Shown piece by piece: positions 19,851 through 30,577 of a stretch of 64,000 nt of DNA. Both the position numbers and the translations under genes were made by a program. Origin of the DNA: Bacteroidales bacterium (GTDB taxonomy: Bacteria > Bacteroidota > Bacteroidia > Bacteroidales > F082); the NCBI GenBank assembly GCA_041582875.1, contig JBFHGX010000001.1:23996-87995 (forward strand), in the 5' to 3' direction. Position 1 is the stretch's first letter. Each line of letters starts with the position of its first letter. The notes beneath the pieces are model-generated. The model was not told where the DNA came from, did no database searches, and worked only from the letters and a program-made list of their open reading frames with translations.

Positions 19851-19858
19851 CAAAATTA
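19851..19858 (-). promoter_or_regulatory. Candidate -7 promoter box for clpC (TAatTTTG on the minus strand)
   Basis: TAnnTTTG match 23 nt upstream of the start codon. Confidence 0.4.
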
Positions 19859-20108
19859 CATAAACTTATGCTATGTGTTTAATCACCCCGTTTTATCCTT
19901 AATTTCAATAAGGTTTGTAATGTATGTCAAGTATTATGCCAACATTGCCACTGGTAAACATGATAAATGTCAAAAGTTGGAATTATAAAACTAAGATAAA
20001 CTGAGAACCAATGGAATCATTAAATATTAAGCTAACTTTTTAACAGCCCCATGTTGAAATAATGTTTGAATACCTATTAATAAAATGACTTTATTATTTT
20101 CAAATTAG

Positions 20109-20116
20109 TACCTTTG
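20109..20116 (+). promoter_or_regulatory. Candidate -7 promoter box for gyrA (TAccTTTG)
   Basis: TAnnTTTG match about 42 nt upstream of the ATG at 20158. Confidence 0.45.
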
Positions 20117-20157
20117 CATACTTTTTAATTTTTAATTGGAAAAGAAGGAATATCCCT

Positions 20158-22746
20158 ATGGAGAATGTTTTTGAAGGTGAAAGGATCATCAAAGTAAATA
20201 TTGAGAATCAAATGAAATCAGCCTACATCGATTATTCGATGTCGGTGATTGTGTCGAGGGCTCTGCCTGACGTAAGGGATGGATTTAAACCAGTACACCG
20301 AAGGGTTCTCTTTGGAATGCACGAGTTGGGTGTATATTCTAACCGCGGGCATAAAAAGTCTGCCAGAATCGTGGGTGAGGTTTTAGGTAAATACCATCCT
20401 CACGGCGATACGAGTGTATACGATTCTATGGTGCGTATGGCTCAGGAATGGTCGTTGCGGTATCCCTTGGTCGACGGACAAGGTAATTTTGGATCGGTGG
20501 ATGGTGATAGTCCGGCTGCTATGCGTTATACCGAGGTGCGTTTGCGTAAAATTGCAGAAGAAATGCTCGTGGATATTGAGAAGGACACGGTAGATTTTCA
20601 ACTCAATTTTGATGATAGTTTGAAAGAGCCCACTGTTCTTCCTACGCAAATTCCGAACCTGCTCATCAATGGGGCATCGGGAATTGCCGTAGGAATGGCT
20701 ACCAACATGGCACCTCATAACCTTACACAGGTAATCAATGCAATACTGGCTTATACCGATAATGATGAAATTTCTATTGCAGATCTAGGAAAGATAGTAC
20801 AAGCTCCTGATTTTCCTACCGGTGGTATTATTTATGGTTACGAAGGGGTGATAAATGCTTTTGAAACGGGTCGTGGCAGAGTTGTTATTCGTGGTGAAAT
20901 CACCGTTGAAGAAGCTGGAAATGGACGTGAAAGATTGGTCGCTACTTCTATTCCATATCAGGTAAATAAGGCCGAAATGATTAAGAAAACGGCTGATTTG
21001 GTAAATGAAAAGAAAATTGAGGGTATTTCTGATATAAATGATGAATCAGATCGCAATGGAATGCGCATTGTGTATGACCTCAAAAAGGATGCATTGCCAA
21101 GTATTGTTATCAATAAATTATATCAACTCACTGCACTTCAGAGTTCATTCAGTATCAACAATGTTGCTTTGGTTCATGGAAGACCAAAAATCTTGAACCT
21201 TAAGGACATGATTTTCCATTTTGTGGATCATCGACATGATGTGGTGGTGCGCAGAACACAATATGAACTTTCTGAAGCTGAACGCAAAGCACATATCCTT
21301 GAAGGGTTACTTATTGCGCTTGATCATTTAGATGAAGTTATTGCATTGATCCGTGCATCTAAAACTCCAGAGGAGGCCAAGAATGGTTTGATTGAAAGTT
21401 TTAAACTAACCGAAATTCAAGCCAAAGCCATTCTGGAAATGAGATTACAGAAGCTAACGGGATTGGAACGAGACAAAATTAAATCGGATTATGCCGAATT
21501 AATGGAACTCATTACTCATTTGAAAGCGTTGTTGGCTAGCAAGGAATTACGTAACGAGGTTATTAAAGAGGAACTAATTCGTATCCGAGATAAATATGGT
21601 GATGAACGTCGATCTCAAATCGTATATACAGCCGAAGATATTCGTATGGAAGATGTGATTCCAGACGAAGAAGTTGTTATTACTATTTCAAGACTGGGTT
21701 ATATTAAACGTACGCCATTAACTGAATATAGACAACAAAAAAGGGGAGGACGTGGGTCAAAAGCAGGAGCCACACGTGATGAGGATTTCTTAGAACATTT
21801 GTTTGTTGCGACAAACCATAATTATATGCTTTTCTTTACAGAACAAGGAAAAGTATTTTGGATGAGGGTATTCGAAATCCCCGAGGGCACAAAAACCTCC
21901 AAAGGTAGGGCTATTCAAAACCTGATAAATATTGAAGGTAACGATACCATTAAGGCCATTATCAATACAAAAGACTTAAAGGACGAAGAATACATACAAA
22001 ACAATTTCATCATCTTAGCTACTAAAAAAGGTGTTATTAAAAAGACTGCACTCGAAGCTTATTCACGACCCCGACAGAATGGTATAAACGCTATTACGGT
22101 TAAGGATGGTGATGAACTTATCGAAGCTCGTTTGACCAATGGCTCCAACGAAATTATTTTGGCCAATCGCTCAGGAAGAGCTATCCGTTTTAACGAGAGC
22201 AAAGTGAGACCAATGGGGCGAAATGCATCAGGTGTTCGTGGTATTACTTTGGCAGATGAAAAGGATGAAGTTGTAGGAATGATTTGTCTGGATAGTTCAG
22301 ATGAATTTCAGGAAAATGTGCTTGTCGTTTCTGAGAAAGGATATGGTAAACGATCGATTGTAGACGATTATCGGGTGACCAATAGGGGAGGTAAGGGAGT
22401 GAAAACACTCAACATTACTGAAAAAACTGGAGATCTGATTGCCATTAAAAATGTGACGGATAAGGATGGCCTAATGATTATTAATAAATCGGGTATTGCT
22501 ATTCGTATCCCAGTTGTTGATTTACGGGTTATGGGTAGAGCTACTCAGGGTGTAAAATTGATTCGAATCGATGATGGGGACGGAATTGCCGCTGTAGCTA
22601 AGGTTAGTATTCATGAAGATGAGGAAGATACGGAGGTCGAGGGTGTAGTTTTACACGAAGAAGAAACAACAATTGAAAATACTAATGAGAATACTGAAAA
22701 TTTAACTGATTCAACTAGTCCTGATGCGGAAATCATAGAGGAATAG
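20158..22746 (+). CDS. gyrA: DNA gyrase subunit A
   Basis: Active-site AAMRYTE, QRDR-like [10 protein letters not shown], and C-terminal beta-pinwheel repeats. It ends in an acidic 44-aa tail. Confidence 0.97.
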   Translation: MENVFEGERIIKVNIENQMKSAYIDYSMSVIVSRALPDVRDGFKPVHRRVLFGMHELGVYSNRGHKKSARIVGEVLGKYHPHGDTSVYDSMVRMAQEWSLRYPLVDGQGNFGSVDGDSPAAMRYTEVRLRKIAEEMLVDIEKDTVDFQLNFDDSLKEPTVLPTQIPNLLINGASGIAVGMATNMAPHNLTQVINAILAYTDNDEISIADLGKIVQAPDFPTGGIIYGYEGVINAFETGRGRVVIRGEITVEEAGNGRERLVATSIPYQVNKAEMIKKTADLVNEKKIEGISDINDESDRNGMRIVYDLKKDALPSIVINKLYQLTALQSSFSINNVALVHGRPKILNLKDMIFHFVDHRHDVVVRRTQYELSEAERKAHILEGLLIALDHLDEVIALIRASKTPEEAKNGLIESFKLTEIQAKAILEMRLQKLTGLERDKIKSDYAELMELITHLKALLASKELRNEVIKEELIRIRDKYGDERRSQIVYTAEDIRMEDVIPDEEVVITISRLGYIKRTPLTEYRQQKRGGRGSKAGATRDEDFLEHLFVATNHNYMLFFTEQGKVFWMRVFEIPEGTKTSKGRAIQNLINIEGNDTIKAIINTKDLKDEEYIQNNFIILATKKGVIKKTALEAYSRPRQNGINAITVKDGDELIEARLTNGSNEIILANRSGRAIRFNESKVRPMGRNASGVRGITLADEKDEVVGMICLDSSDEFQENVLVVSEKGYGKRSIVDDYRVTNRGGKGVKTLNITEKTGDLIAIKNVTDKDGLMIINKSGIAIRIPVVDLRVMGRATQGVKLIRIDDGDGIAAVAKVSIHEDEEDTEVEGVVLHEEETTIENTNENTENLTDSTSPDAEIIEE

Positions 22747-22847
22747 TTATATTATTATTTAATTGTTTAGAATATTTTTAAATAAATGCATAATTTGGCA
22801 CGTCTTTGGTTTAACAATATCTTTGCCGAACTATAAAATTTGAAACA

Positions 22848-23987
22848 ATGAAAAAAATACTCGTTTTATTTAGCCTGGTTTTGGTTTTTACCATGGCTGC
22901 TCAAGCCCAAAACAATAAAAGAACCAGCGCCTACATGTACAATAAAAATGGTCAATACGACAAAGCTAAAACTGCTATTGATGAAGCAATTCTTCATCCA
23001 AAGACAGCTGAAGACGCCAAGACCTGGATGTATAGAGGTATCATTTATTATAATATTGCGATCTCTGAGGATGCAGAAGTCAAAGCACTTTCCGATGATG
23101 CAGCAGCAATATCTTATGAATCTTTTGCTCAATCGAAAAAATTTGATGCCAAAGGTCAATTAACAGGGGAATCTTCATTTTATTTAATTCAGCTTACCAA
23201 TTTATTTTATCAAGCTGGCGCCAATGGTTTTCAGAATAATGACTATACATTAGCTATCAAAAATTTTAAAAAAGCCTTTGATATTGCCGAAATTGATGGT
23301 CGTTTTGATACAGTAGCTGCATTTAACATTGGTATGAGTGGGGTATATGCTGACGATCCGGAACTTGGTAAAAGTAGCATGGAATATTTAAAAAAATGTA
23401 TTGATGTTGATTTTCGTGATCCCAGAGTCTATTTGTTTTATGCCAGATCTCAAAAACAATTAGGTGATACAACCGCCGCGTTTGCTACTCTCGAAAAAGG
23501 TCGTGCTATTTTCCCAGATGAAATGAGTCTTCAATTGGAGCAGTCACAGCTTTACCTTGAAACTGGACAAAATGAAAAGCTAATTGGCAGCCTTAAAGAA
23601 GCAATTGCTGCTGATCCTTCAAACGAAAACTTGTATCGTGTACTTGGTCAAACTTATGAAAATATTGGAGATATTGAAAATGCCTCTTTGTATTATCAAA
23701 AAGCCATCGATATCAATCCTGACTTTGGCGATGCTATTTTCAACCTCGGTGCTATCTATGTAAATCAGGCAGCCAATTTGTATAGTGAAGCAAATAATTT
23801 GCCTTTCGAAGAACAAAAGAAATACGATGAACTTAAGGCACAGGCTGATGAAAACTTGAATAAAGCTCTTCCATACTTGGAGCGTTCATTGCAGTTGAAT
23901 CCAGGTGATGAGGTGGTTATTTCAGCTTTAAAAGAAGCCTACACCAATCTGAGAATGACTGATAAACTCAAAGAGTTAAATCAATAG
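22848..23987 (+). CDS. Secreted tetratricopeptide-repeat protein
   Basis: Signal peptide (..TMAAQAQ). Several 34-aa TPR-like units, for example YRVLGQTYENIGDIENASLYYQKAIDINPDFGDA. Confidence 0.7.
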   Translation: MKKILVLFSLVLVFTMAAQAQNNKRTSAYMYNKNGQYDKAKTAIDEAILHPKTAEDAKTWMYRGIIYYNIAISEDAEVKALSDDAAAISYESFAQSKKFDAKGQLTGESSFYLIQLTNLFYQAGANGFQNNDYTLAIKNFKKAFDIAEIDGRFDTVAAFNIGMSGVYADDPELGKSSMEYLKKCIDVDFRDPRVYLFYARSQKQLGDTTAAFATLEKGRAIFPDEMSLQLEQSQLYLETGQNEKLIGSLKEAIAADPSNENLYRVLGQTYENIGDIENASLYYQKAIDINPDFGDAIFNLGAIYVNQAANLYSEANNLPFEEQKKYDELKAQADENLNKALPYLERSLQLNPGDEVVISALKEAYTNLRMTDKLKELNQ

Positions 23988-24000
23988 AAACGATAGGAAG

Positions 24001-24033
24001 AAAAGGGGACTTGTTTAAGTCTCCTTTTCTTTT
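24001..24033 (+). terminator. Rho-independent terminator after the TPR gene
   Basis: aaaaggggac-ttgtttaa-gtctcctttt (one G-U pair) followed by T-rich sequence. Confidence 0.65.
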
Positions 24034-24144
24034 ACTTTATTATTTAACATAATATTAATTATAGGACAATTATATATATGGTTAATTTTAACATGTAAGC
24101 TTAATCTTTCTTTTTAACTTAAAGATTTATTTGGCTTGTAAGAA

Positions 24145-25395
24145 CTATTTTCGCTTAGATTTAGATTTCCGCTTTTTAAAGGTTTGCTCATCTTGCTCTG
24201 CTTTATTCATTAATGATTTCCAATCATCTAATTTCTCATCAGTAACAAAAATGGTGGCATTATATTCACCCTTGGTTATTTCAATGGTTTGAATTTTTTT
24301 CCCCAGGTTTTCTTCGATTTCTGCCAGAACAGTTCTTTCCTCACTGCTACAAAATGAATATGCTTGTCCTTTTTTCGATCCTCGACCAGTTCGACCTACC
24401 CGATGCACATAGTTCTCAGTACTTTCTGGCAAATCATAATTAATGACATATTCTACATTTGGAATGTCAATCCCACGTGCACTTACATCTGTAGCTACCA
24501 GCACAGCGAGTTCTCCCGATCGAAATCTTTTCATGGTTAATTCACGTTCCTTTTGCAGTTTATCACTATGGATGGTTTCCACAAATATTCCCACGCGCTC
24601 CATAGCCTTTAACACGCGTTCGGCTCTAACTTTGGTGCGAACAAATACCAGCACTTTCTTGTCCGGATTTTCTTTTAAGAAGTATTCTAAAAAGAATCTC
24701 TTGTCGTCCATTTCAATGAAAGCTACCGAATGTTCAATATTTTTTGATACTGGATCTTTTGGTGATATTTGAATTCTAATTGCATCATTAACAATAGAAT
24801 AGGCTAATTTTTTAATCTTTTCATTGATGGTAGCCGAAAAGAAGAGCGTTTGCCGTTTTCGTGGTATATGACGCATTAAATCATGAATATCCTGAATAAA
24901 ACCTTGATCTAACATGTGGTCGGCCTCATCAAGAACCAATATTTTAATTCCATCAATTTTTAATGCACTCTGACTCACTAAGTCGAACATGCGACCTGGC
25001 GTGGCGACAACTATATCAACACCTTTGTTAAGTTGCTTAATTTGTGGTGATTGGTCTGCTCCTCCATGGATACACAATGTTTTTATCGCAGTAAACCTTC
25101 CCAGGGTATGAAATACACTTTCAATTTGTATAGCTAACTCGTGCGTTGGAGCCAACACCAAGCATTGGACTCCTTTTTTGTGATATCCTCCCCTATTTTG
25201 ATCGAGCAAAAGTTGTAAAATAGGAATTACAAAAGCTCCTGTTTTTCCTGTTCCGGTTTGTGCAATGGCTAAAACATCCTCACCTTTTAAGATGGGAGGA
25301 ATACAACGATATTGAATGTCAGTTGGTTTTTTATAGCCCAAAAGTTCAATGCTGTCTTTAATGTCTTTGGCAATTCGGTAATCTTCAAACTTCAT
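24145..25395 (-). CDS. DEAD-box ATP-dependent RNA helicase (RhlE-like)
   Basis: All core motifs are intact: Q (PTDIQ), I AQTGTGKT, Ia PTHELA, II DEAD, III SAT, VI HRVGRTGR. Basic C-terminal tail. Confidence 0.9.
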   Translation of the reverse strand: MKFEDYRIAKDIKDSIELLGYKKPTDIQYRCIPPILKGEDVLAIAQTGTGKTGAFVIPILQLLLDQNRGGYHKKGVQCLVLAPTHELAIQIESVFHTLGRFTAIKTLCIHGGADQSPQIKQLNKGVDIVVATPGRMFDLVSQSALKIDGIKILVLDEADHMLDQGFIQDIHDLMRHIPRKRQTLFFSATINEKIKKLAYSIVNDAIRIQISPKDPVSKNIEHSVAFIEMDDKRFFLEYFLKENPDKKVLVFVRTKVRAERVLKAMERVGIFVETIHSDKLQKERELTMKRFRSGELAVLVATDVSARGIDIPNVEYVINYDLPESTENYVHRVGRTGRGSKKGQAYSFCSSEERTVLAEIEENLGKKIQTIEITKGEYNATIFVTDEKLDDWKSLMNKAEQDEQTFKKRKSKSKRK

Positions 25396-25412
25396 TTGGT
25401 ATATTTAAGGGG

Positions 25413-25420
25413 CAAAGATA
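25413..25420 (-). promoter_or_regulatory. Candidate -7 promoter box for the DEAD-box helicase (TAtcTTTG on the minus strand)
   Basis: TAnnTTTG match 18 nt upstream of the start. A second match at 25529..25536 would give a longer leader. Confidence 0.35.
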
Positions 25421-25670
25421 GTTAGTCTTTGCAAGTAGAAACCAGAAACGTGCCTGCAAGTATATAATTTGCTGCTTCTTTAGGCAATTCTTTTGCAAAT
25501 AGTATTTGTTTTTTGTGTTTAATGGCAACAAAAGTAAAGAACGAGTAATCCAAAGGACAATAACTAACTATTAAGAGTATCCAATGAAGGTATTGCGTTT
25601 TTTACTATTTAATTGAGACCGGTAGTATAATCTTTTTGTTAATAATTGGTCAATCACTGTCACGAAACCA

Positions 25671-25678
25671 TATATTTG
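25671..25678 (+). promoter_or_regulatory. Candidate -7 promoter box (TAtaTTTG) for the degenerate helicase gene
   Basis: TAnnTTTG match 38 nt upstream of the ATG at 25716. Confidence 0.4.
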
Positions 25679-25715
25679 CTAAGTTTGTAAAACCAAAATC
25701 AAATACAAGGATTGA

Positions 25716-27038
25716 ATGCCTTATGAAAATACTATTCTTCAACGCGCTTGTGTTGAAGAATTTGAACAGCTTTATAATTCATTATATAGTGCTTTATTGA
25801 CGCACAATAATGTTTTGTTTTTGGCTCCTGAGGGAGTGCAAAAGGTGTGTAGCACAGTTAAAGCTTTACAAGATCAACCTGCTTTTAGAAACCACCGCCC
25901 TCGTATTATTTTATTAATGCACGATCCTTATGTTGTGAGCGAGATGGGAATAAATCACTCGTTTTTTAATGAAGACACAAGACTGATGCGTATTGTTCCT
26001 GGGAAGCACACAAACCACCTTATCAGGGAATTGAATACTTCTCCTGATTTAGTGGCAGGAACACCTGCAAAGATTCTTGAGCTCATTCAAAAAGGATATA
26101 TTCAAATATCACATTTCGATGCGATTATTATTGAAGATGTAAGCAGTTTTCAATATTTGGGATATTATGACCATTTGCAACAGATTATCGAAACTGCAGA
26201 AAATACGACTAAAGTGGTATTCACTTCATCACTCGAAAATCAAGAGAGTTTACCACTTCCCCTTAGGGTTAAACCTCATTTGGTAAATCAATTGCGTTTG
26301 AATTTCCCCTTTCGTTTTCATGCTTTTACACTGATTTCGGAGGAAGCAGGTAAACCAAATACCTTATTTGATCTTTTATGTGAGTTATTTCCGCGTCCGA
26401 CAATGGTTTATTGCAATCATCGGGGAGCAATTATTCGGCTTCAGAAAATTTTAGCGGCAAAAAAAATGTCGGTAGGAATCATTCATGGAGGATTGGAAGA
26501 AGTTGTACTTGAAGATACCTTAGCGATGTTTCGTAATGGTAGTTTGCTGGTGCTGCTTACTACGGATATGGCCATACAGGATAGGTGGTTTCCGGATGTA
26601 AAGTACCTTGTTCACTACCAGATGCCACTTAATAATCAGTCGTATCAGAAAAGAAACAATGTATTGCTGAATCATCATCATTTTGCTACAGCATTTCATA
26701 TTATTCAGGAAGATGAGGATCAGCCTGATTTTATTCATACACTGCCTGATGTGATTGAAATCTCGCATCATTATCATGAGGCACCTTTATCATATTGGAA
26801 AACAATTAAATTGGAGTTTAGTGCCAATATTGTACTTGAGAATAGTGAAATAATACAACTACTGGCTTCGATCGGAAAGTTGCACCGTGATGAGATTGGA
26901 TTAATTGAAAAAATTAGGCATTCTTACTACATTGCTATTGCTTATAGAAAAGCACACAAAACTTTAGAACGAATCGATGGTGCGAAATTTAATAACCAGA
27001 TTTGCTCAGCAGCTATTATAGAAGAATATTCTGAGTAG
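25716..27038 (+). CDS. DbpA-like DEAD-box helicase paralog with degenerate ATPase motifs
   Basis: Collinear with the neighbouring helicase: GTPAKILELI vs ATPGRMFDLV, and VYCNHRGA...IHGGL...VLLTTDMA vs VFVRTKVR...IHSDK...VLVATDVS. Motif I is APEGVQKV, II is IEDV, III is TSS and VI is QKRNNVLL. The C-terminal roughly 80 aa resemble the DbpA RNA-binding domain. Confidence 0.65.
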   Translation: MPYENTILQRACVEEFEQLYNSLYSALLTHNNVLFLAPEGVQKVCSTVKALQDQPAFRNHRPRIILLMHDPYVVSEMGINHSFFNEDTRLMRIVPGKHTNHLIRELNTSPDLVAGTPAKILELIQKGYIQISHFDAIIIEDVSSFQYLGYYDHLQQIIETAENTTKVVFTSSLENQESLPLPLRVKPHLVNQLRLNFPFRFHAFTLISEEAGKPNTLFDLLCELFPRPTMVYCNHRGAIIRLQKILAAKKMSVGIIHGGLEEVVLEDTLAMFRNGSLLVLLTTDMAIQDRWFPDVKYLVHYQMPLNNQSYQKRNNVLLNHHHFATAFHIIQEDEDQPDFIHTLPDVIEISHHYHEAPLSYWKTIKLEFSANIVLENSEIIQLLASIGKLHRDEIGLIEKIRHSYYIAIAYRKAHKTLERIDGAKFNNQICSAAIIEEYSE

Positions 27039-27049
27039 AAAAAGTAAAA

Positions 27050-28948
27050 TCAGGACCTTTCTTCTAATTCTAACCACCTCATCATTTTATTATCAATGGT
27101 TTCCATTAATGCTGAAATTCGAACAGAAGCTTTGGTCAGGGCTTCGTAATCCTGTGAACCGGAATCCATAAATACGACTAACTCCGACTTTTCTTCTTCT
27201 AAAGATTCAATTTCTTTTTCAATTCGTTCATATTCCTTTTGTTCAGCAAAGGATAGTTTTTTCTTAGGTGATGCATTTTGCGCCTTTTCTGTGTCTATAC
27301 TTTCTATTTTCTTCTTTTCTTCACGGACGATATTTTTCTCGTTTTTCTGCAGTTGGTCAAGCTTGTTGCGGTACTGACTGTAATTGCCAGGGAAATCTTT
27401 GATTATACCTTCACCTTCAAATACGAACATATGATCAACAGTATGATCAAGGAAATAACGGTCGTGAGAAACCAAAAGCAAACAACCTTTAAAACCGATC
27501 AGAAACTCCTCTAATTTATTGAGTGTCATTAAATCCAAATCATTGGTCGGCTCGTCAAGAATAAGAAAATTGGGGTTTTGAATTAAAATAGTCAGCAGAT
27601 ACAACCTTCTTTTTTCACCACCGCTTAACGAAGATACCAACTGATGCTGCATATCGGCATTAAACAAGAAATAATGCAAAAATTGAGTGGCGGTAATACT
27701 CCCTGATTTTCCTACAGGAATTACCTCAGCAATTTCTTTTACAACATCTAAAACTCGCTGATCCTCTTTAATTTGTATACCATCTTGTGCGTAGTGTCCA
27801 TAAACAATGGTTTCACCGGTGGTAATTTTTCCAGAATCAGGAGTCACTTTACCTGTAATGAGGTTCAGTAGGGTTGATTTCCCGATTCCATTCTTGCCTA
27901 ATATTCCAATTCGCTCCCCCTTTTTAAACAGATAACTAAAGTCATTAATGAGCATTTTGTCACCAAGGCTCTTTGTAACATGACTCATTTCCAATATATT
28001 TCCACCAACCCTTGTATTTGCTACCTGAAGTTTTAATTCTTTCTCAGTGATTAAGCTATTGGCTTTTTCTTTTGTTTTTTCAAAACTATCAATTCTGGAT
28101 TTCGATTTTGTGGTTCGGGCCTTGGGCATTCGGTTAATCCATTCTTGTTCTTTTTTCATGAGCTTTCTGGCTTTATCCACCTCAGTGCGGGCAATTTCTT
28201 CACGATTGGCTTTTTGTTCCAAAAAAGTTTTGTAATTTCCAAAATAGCTGTAAATATTACTTTGACTAAGTTCAATGATTTGGTTGCAAACACGATCAAG
28301 AAAATACCTGTCGTGGGTCACCATAATGAAGGTGATATGCGATTGACTGATAAATTTTTCAAGCCATTCAATCATTTCAATGTCAAGGTGGTTCGTTGGT
28401 TCATCCAGAAGTAGAAACTCTGGATTATCCAATAGTGTTAGGGCTAGAGAAAGTCTTTTCTTTTGTCCTCCGGAAAGTGTTGCTACCAATTGTGATCGGT
28501 CTGTAAGATTAAAACGTTGTAGCATTGCTTCCAATCTTCGATCATAATCCCATGCTTGATGAATGTCCATTTTATTGCTTGCTTCTGCCAAAGCAAATTC
28601 GGCTTCTTTTGAATGTTCAACTGAATGCGCCTCTACAGCGTTTTCATATTCACCAATAATTTTTAAAAGATTCGTACTATGTCCTTTTATGAGTTCATTT
28701 ACAGTTAGGGTCTCATCAAAATCCGGATCCTGTGGCAAATAAGCCAAGCGAACACCATCACGCAAAACAACCTTTCCTGAGTCGGGTTCTTCCACATGAG
28801 CCAAAATGCGCAACAAAGTAGACTTACCTGCCCCATTTTTAGCTACCAGCGCCATTTTGTCGCCACGACTCAATCCAAAAGTGATTTCTTTAAATAGCGA
28901 AATTTCCCCGTATTGTTTCGAAATATCTTCAACTGAAAGGTAATGCAT
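27050..28948 (-). CDS. ABC-F family ATPase (Uup/EttA-like, no transmembrane domain)
   Basis: Two NBDs (AKNGAGKSTL/LSGGQKKR and GKNGIGKSTL/LSGGEKRR), an inter-domain linker and a C-terminal coiled coil. Confidence 0.9.
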   Translation of the reverse strand: MHYLSVEDISKQYGEISLFKEITFGLSRGDKMALVAKNGAGKSTLLRILAHVEEPDSGKVVLRDGVRLAYLPQDPDFDETLTVNELIKGHSTNLLKIIGEYENAVEAHSVEHSKEAEFALAEASNKMDIHQAWDYDRRLEAMLQRFNLTDRSQLVATLSGGQKKRLSLALTLLDNPEFLLLDEPTNHLDIEMIEWLEKFISQSHITFIMVTHDRYFLDRVCNQIIELSQSNIYSYFGNYKTFLEQKANREEIARTEVDKARKLMKKEQEWINRMPKARTTKSKSRIDSFEKTKEKANSLITEKELKLQVANTRVGGNILEMSHVTKSLGDKMLINDFSYLFKKGERIGILGKNGIGKSTLLNLITGKVTPDSGKITTGETIVYGHYAQDGIQIKEDQRVLDVVKEIAEVIPVGKSGSITATQFLHYFLFNADMQHQLVSSLSGGEKRRLYLLTILIQNPNFLILDEPTNDLDLMTLNKLEEFLIGFKGCLLLVSHDRYFLDHTVDHMFVFEGEGIIKDFPGNYSQYRNKLDQLQKNEKNIVREEKKKIESIDTEKAQNASPKKKLSFAEQKEYERIEKEIESLEEEKSELVVFMDSGSQDYEALTKASVRISALMETIDNKMMRWLELEERS

Positions 28949-28971
28949 GCAACAGATATTAATTAAAAAGG

Positions 28972-28979
28972 CAAAAATA
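28972..28979 (-). promoter_or_regulatory. Candidate -7 promoter box for the ABC-F gene (TAttTTTG on the minus strand)
   Basis: TAnnTTTG match 24 nt upstream of the start. Confidence 0.4.
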
Positions 28980-29036
28980 CACCTGTTTTTGGTAAGTTCA
29001 CCTGAATATCGAAGTTTGCGGCTATGTTAAATAGTT

Positions 29037-29044
29037 TATTTTTG
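29037..29044 (+). promoter_or_regulatory. Candidate -7 promoter box for rimM (TAttTTTG)
   Basis: TAnnTTTG match 75 nt upstream of the ATG at 29119. Confidence 0.35.
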
Positions 29045-29118
29045 CCGCGGTTTGTGTGTGAGCCAATTAATGGCCATATACAACGAACATCCTTGTTTAA
29101 TTTGCAAAAGGTTTTAAG

Positions 29119-29649
29119 ATGGGTAATTTTGACGACTATTTTTATTTAGGAAAAGTTATAAAACCACACGGGTTTCAAGGTCGATTGAGTGTTTTTTTAG
29201 ATACTGACGATCCGGATGAATATTTGGGACTAAAAGTTGTTTTTTTGGCAATTAATGGGGCTCCTGTCCCCTATTTCGTTGAAGAATTATCGATTCTAAA
29301 CAACAAAGCTGTCATTTCATTCTCAGATATTACAACTCAGGAACAAGCTGAAAAACTGGTTAAAAAAGAGATCTATTTACCTGCCGATCAACTCCCTGCA
29401 CTAACTGGAAACAAGTTTTATTATCACGAAATTGTGGACATGATGCTTGTGGATGATAAATTTGGGTTGATTGGGCCTGTGAGTGAAGTCCTGGAGTACT
29501 CCAATCAGGCCATTATTCAAACTTTTCATAACAATAAAGAAGTACTCATACCTATTAGCGATGCAATTATCCAAAAGGTTGACCGTGAAAATGCTACCAT
29601 TCTTTTGTCACTTCCGGATGGTTTGCTGGATGTGTATTTGAAAGATTAA
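29119..29649 (+). CDS. rimM: 16S rRNA processing protein RimM
   Basis: N-terminal GKVIKPHGFQGRL motif plus a PRC-barrel C-domain. Length 176 aa. Confidence 0.85.
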   Translation: MGNFDDYFYLGKVIKPHGFQGRLSVFLDTDDPDEYLGLKVVFLAINGAPVPYFVEELSILNNKAVISFSDITTQEQAEKLVKKEIYLPADQLPALTGNKFYYHEIVDMMLVDDKFGLIGPVSEVLEYSNQAIIQTFHNNKEVLIPISDAIIQKVDRENATILLSLPDGLLDVYLKD

Positions 29650-29660
29650 AAAACTGTTGC

Positions 29661-30383
29661 ATGAGTAGGCATGAAAGTGACCAACGGCCCTTTTCTTTTC
29701 GACAATTTTCTCTTCATCATCATCAATCTACCATGAAGGTAGGTATGGATGCAATCATTCTTGGTGTTTGGACAGGGATTTCAAAGCAGGCTCACGTGTT
29801 AGACATTGGAACCGGATCTGGAATTATATCGCTCATATTGGCTTCGAGAGGTGTTAATAGTATAGTCGCAATTGATATAGACAAGCCTTCTGTTGACGAA
29901 TCAAATCAAAATTTCGCAAAATCGTTATGGGCATCTCAGCTAAATGCGCAAAATACGAGCCTGCAAGAATTTATGTTGAGTGCACAAAAAAAGTTTGATT
30001 TGATTATTTCTAATCCCCCATTTTTTCTTGATGGTGTTTTATCTGCATCTGAACGATTGAGTTACGCTCGTCATGCCAAATCTTTGACTTATCGAGACCT
30101 TGTTGAAGGAGTAAATATACTTTTAACTGATGAAGGCGTTTTTAGCGTTGTATTACCCTATAAAACAGCGCAGGATTTTATTACTGTTGCTAATGAATAC
30201 AAACTTTATATAAAACGAAAAATGATCATTTTTCCAAGAAGAGGCATGACTCCTAATCGGATTAATATGGAGTTTTCAAAAAATCCACTTCATAATCCCA
30301 AATTAGAAATGTTGAGTATTAGGGAGGAAAGTAATGAGTTTTCAAATGAATATTTACAGTTAACAAATGCCTATTATCTCTAA
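29661..30383 (+). CDS. tRNA1(Val) (adenine37-N6)-methyltransferase (TrmN6/YfiC-like)
   Basis: FSFRQFSL...MKVGMDAIILGVW N-terminus, SAM motif LDIGTGSGI and catalytic NPPFF. Confidence 0.8.
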   Translation: MSRHESDQRPFSFRQFSLHHHQSTMKVGMDAIILGVWTGISKQAHVLDIGTGSGIISLILASRGVNSIVAIDIDKPSVDESNQNFAKSLWASQLNAQNTSLQEFMLSAQKKFDLIISNPPFFLDGVLSASERLSYARHAKSLTYRDLVEGVNILLTDEGVFSVVLPYKTAQDFITVANEYKLYIKRKMIIFPRRGMTPNRINMEFSKNPLHNPKLEMLSIREESNEFSNEYLQLTNAYYL

Positions 30384-30490
30384 ACACTATAGTTTAGGTA
30401 TGTTATTGTTTTGAATATCTGATTTTTAAAATGACTTTATTAAAATTCTTTTATGTTAAAATGCATAGGGGATGATTCAATTTTTCTTCC

Positions 30491-30498
30491 TAAATTTG
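30491..30498 (+). promoter_or_regulatory. Candidate -7 promoter box (TAaaTTTG) for the response-regulator gene
   Basis: TAnnTTTG match 80 nt upstream of the ATG at 30578. Confidence 0.3.
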
Positions 30499-30577
30499 AA
30501 AGGTGTTTAGGTTCATAATCATTTTCGAATTGCTATTTGTTTTATACCACTGAGCCATCGACTAAAATAATATCTAT

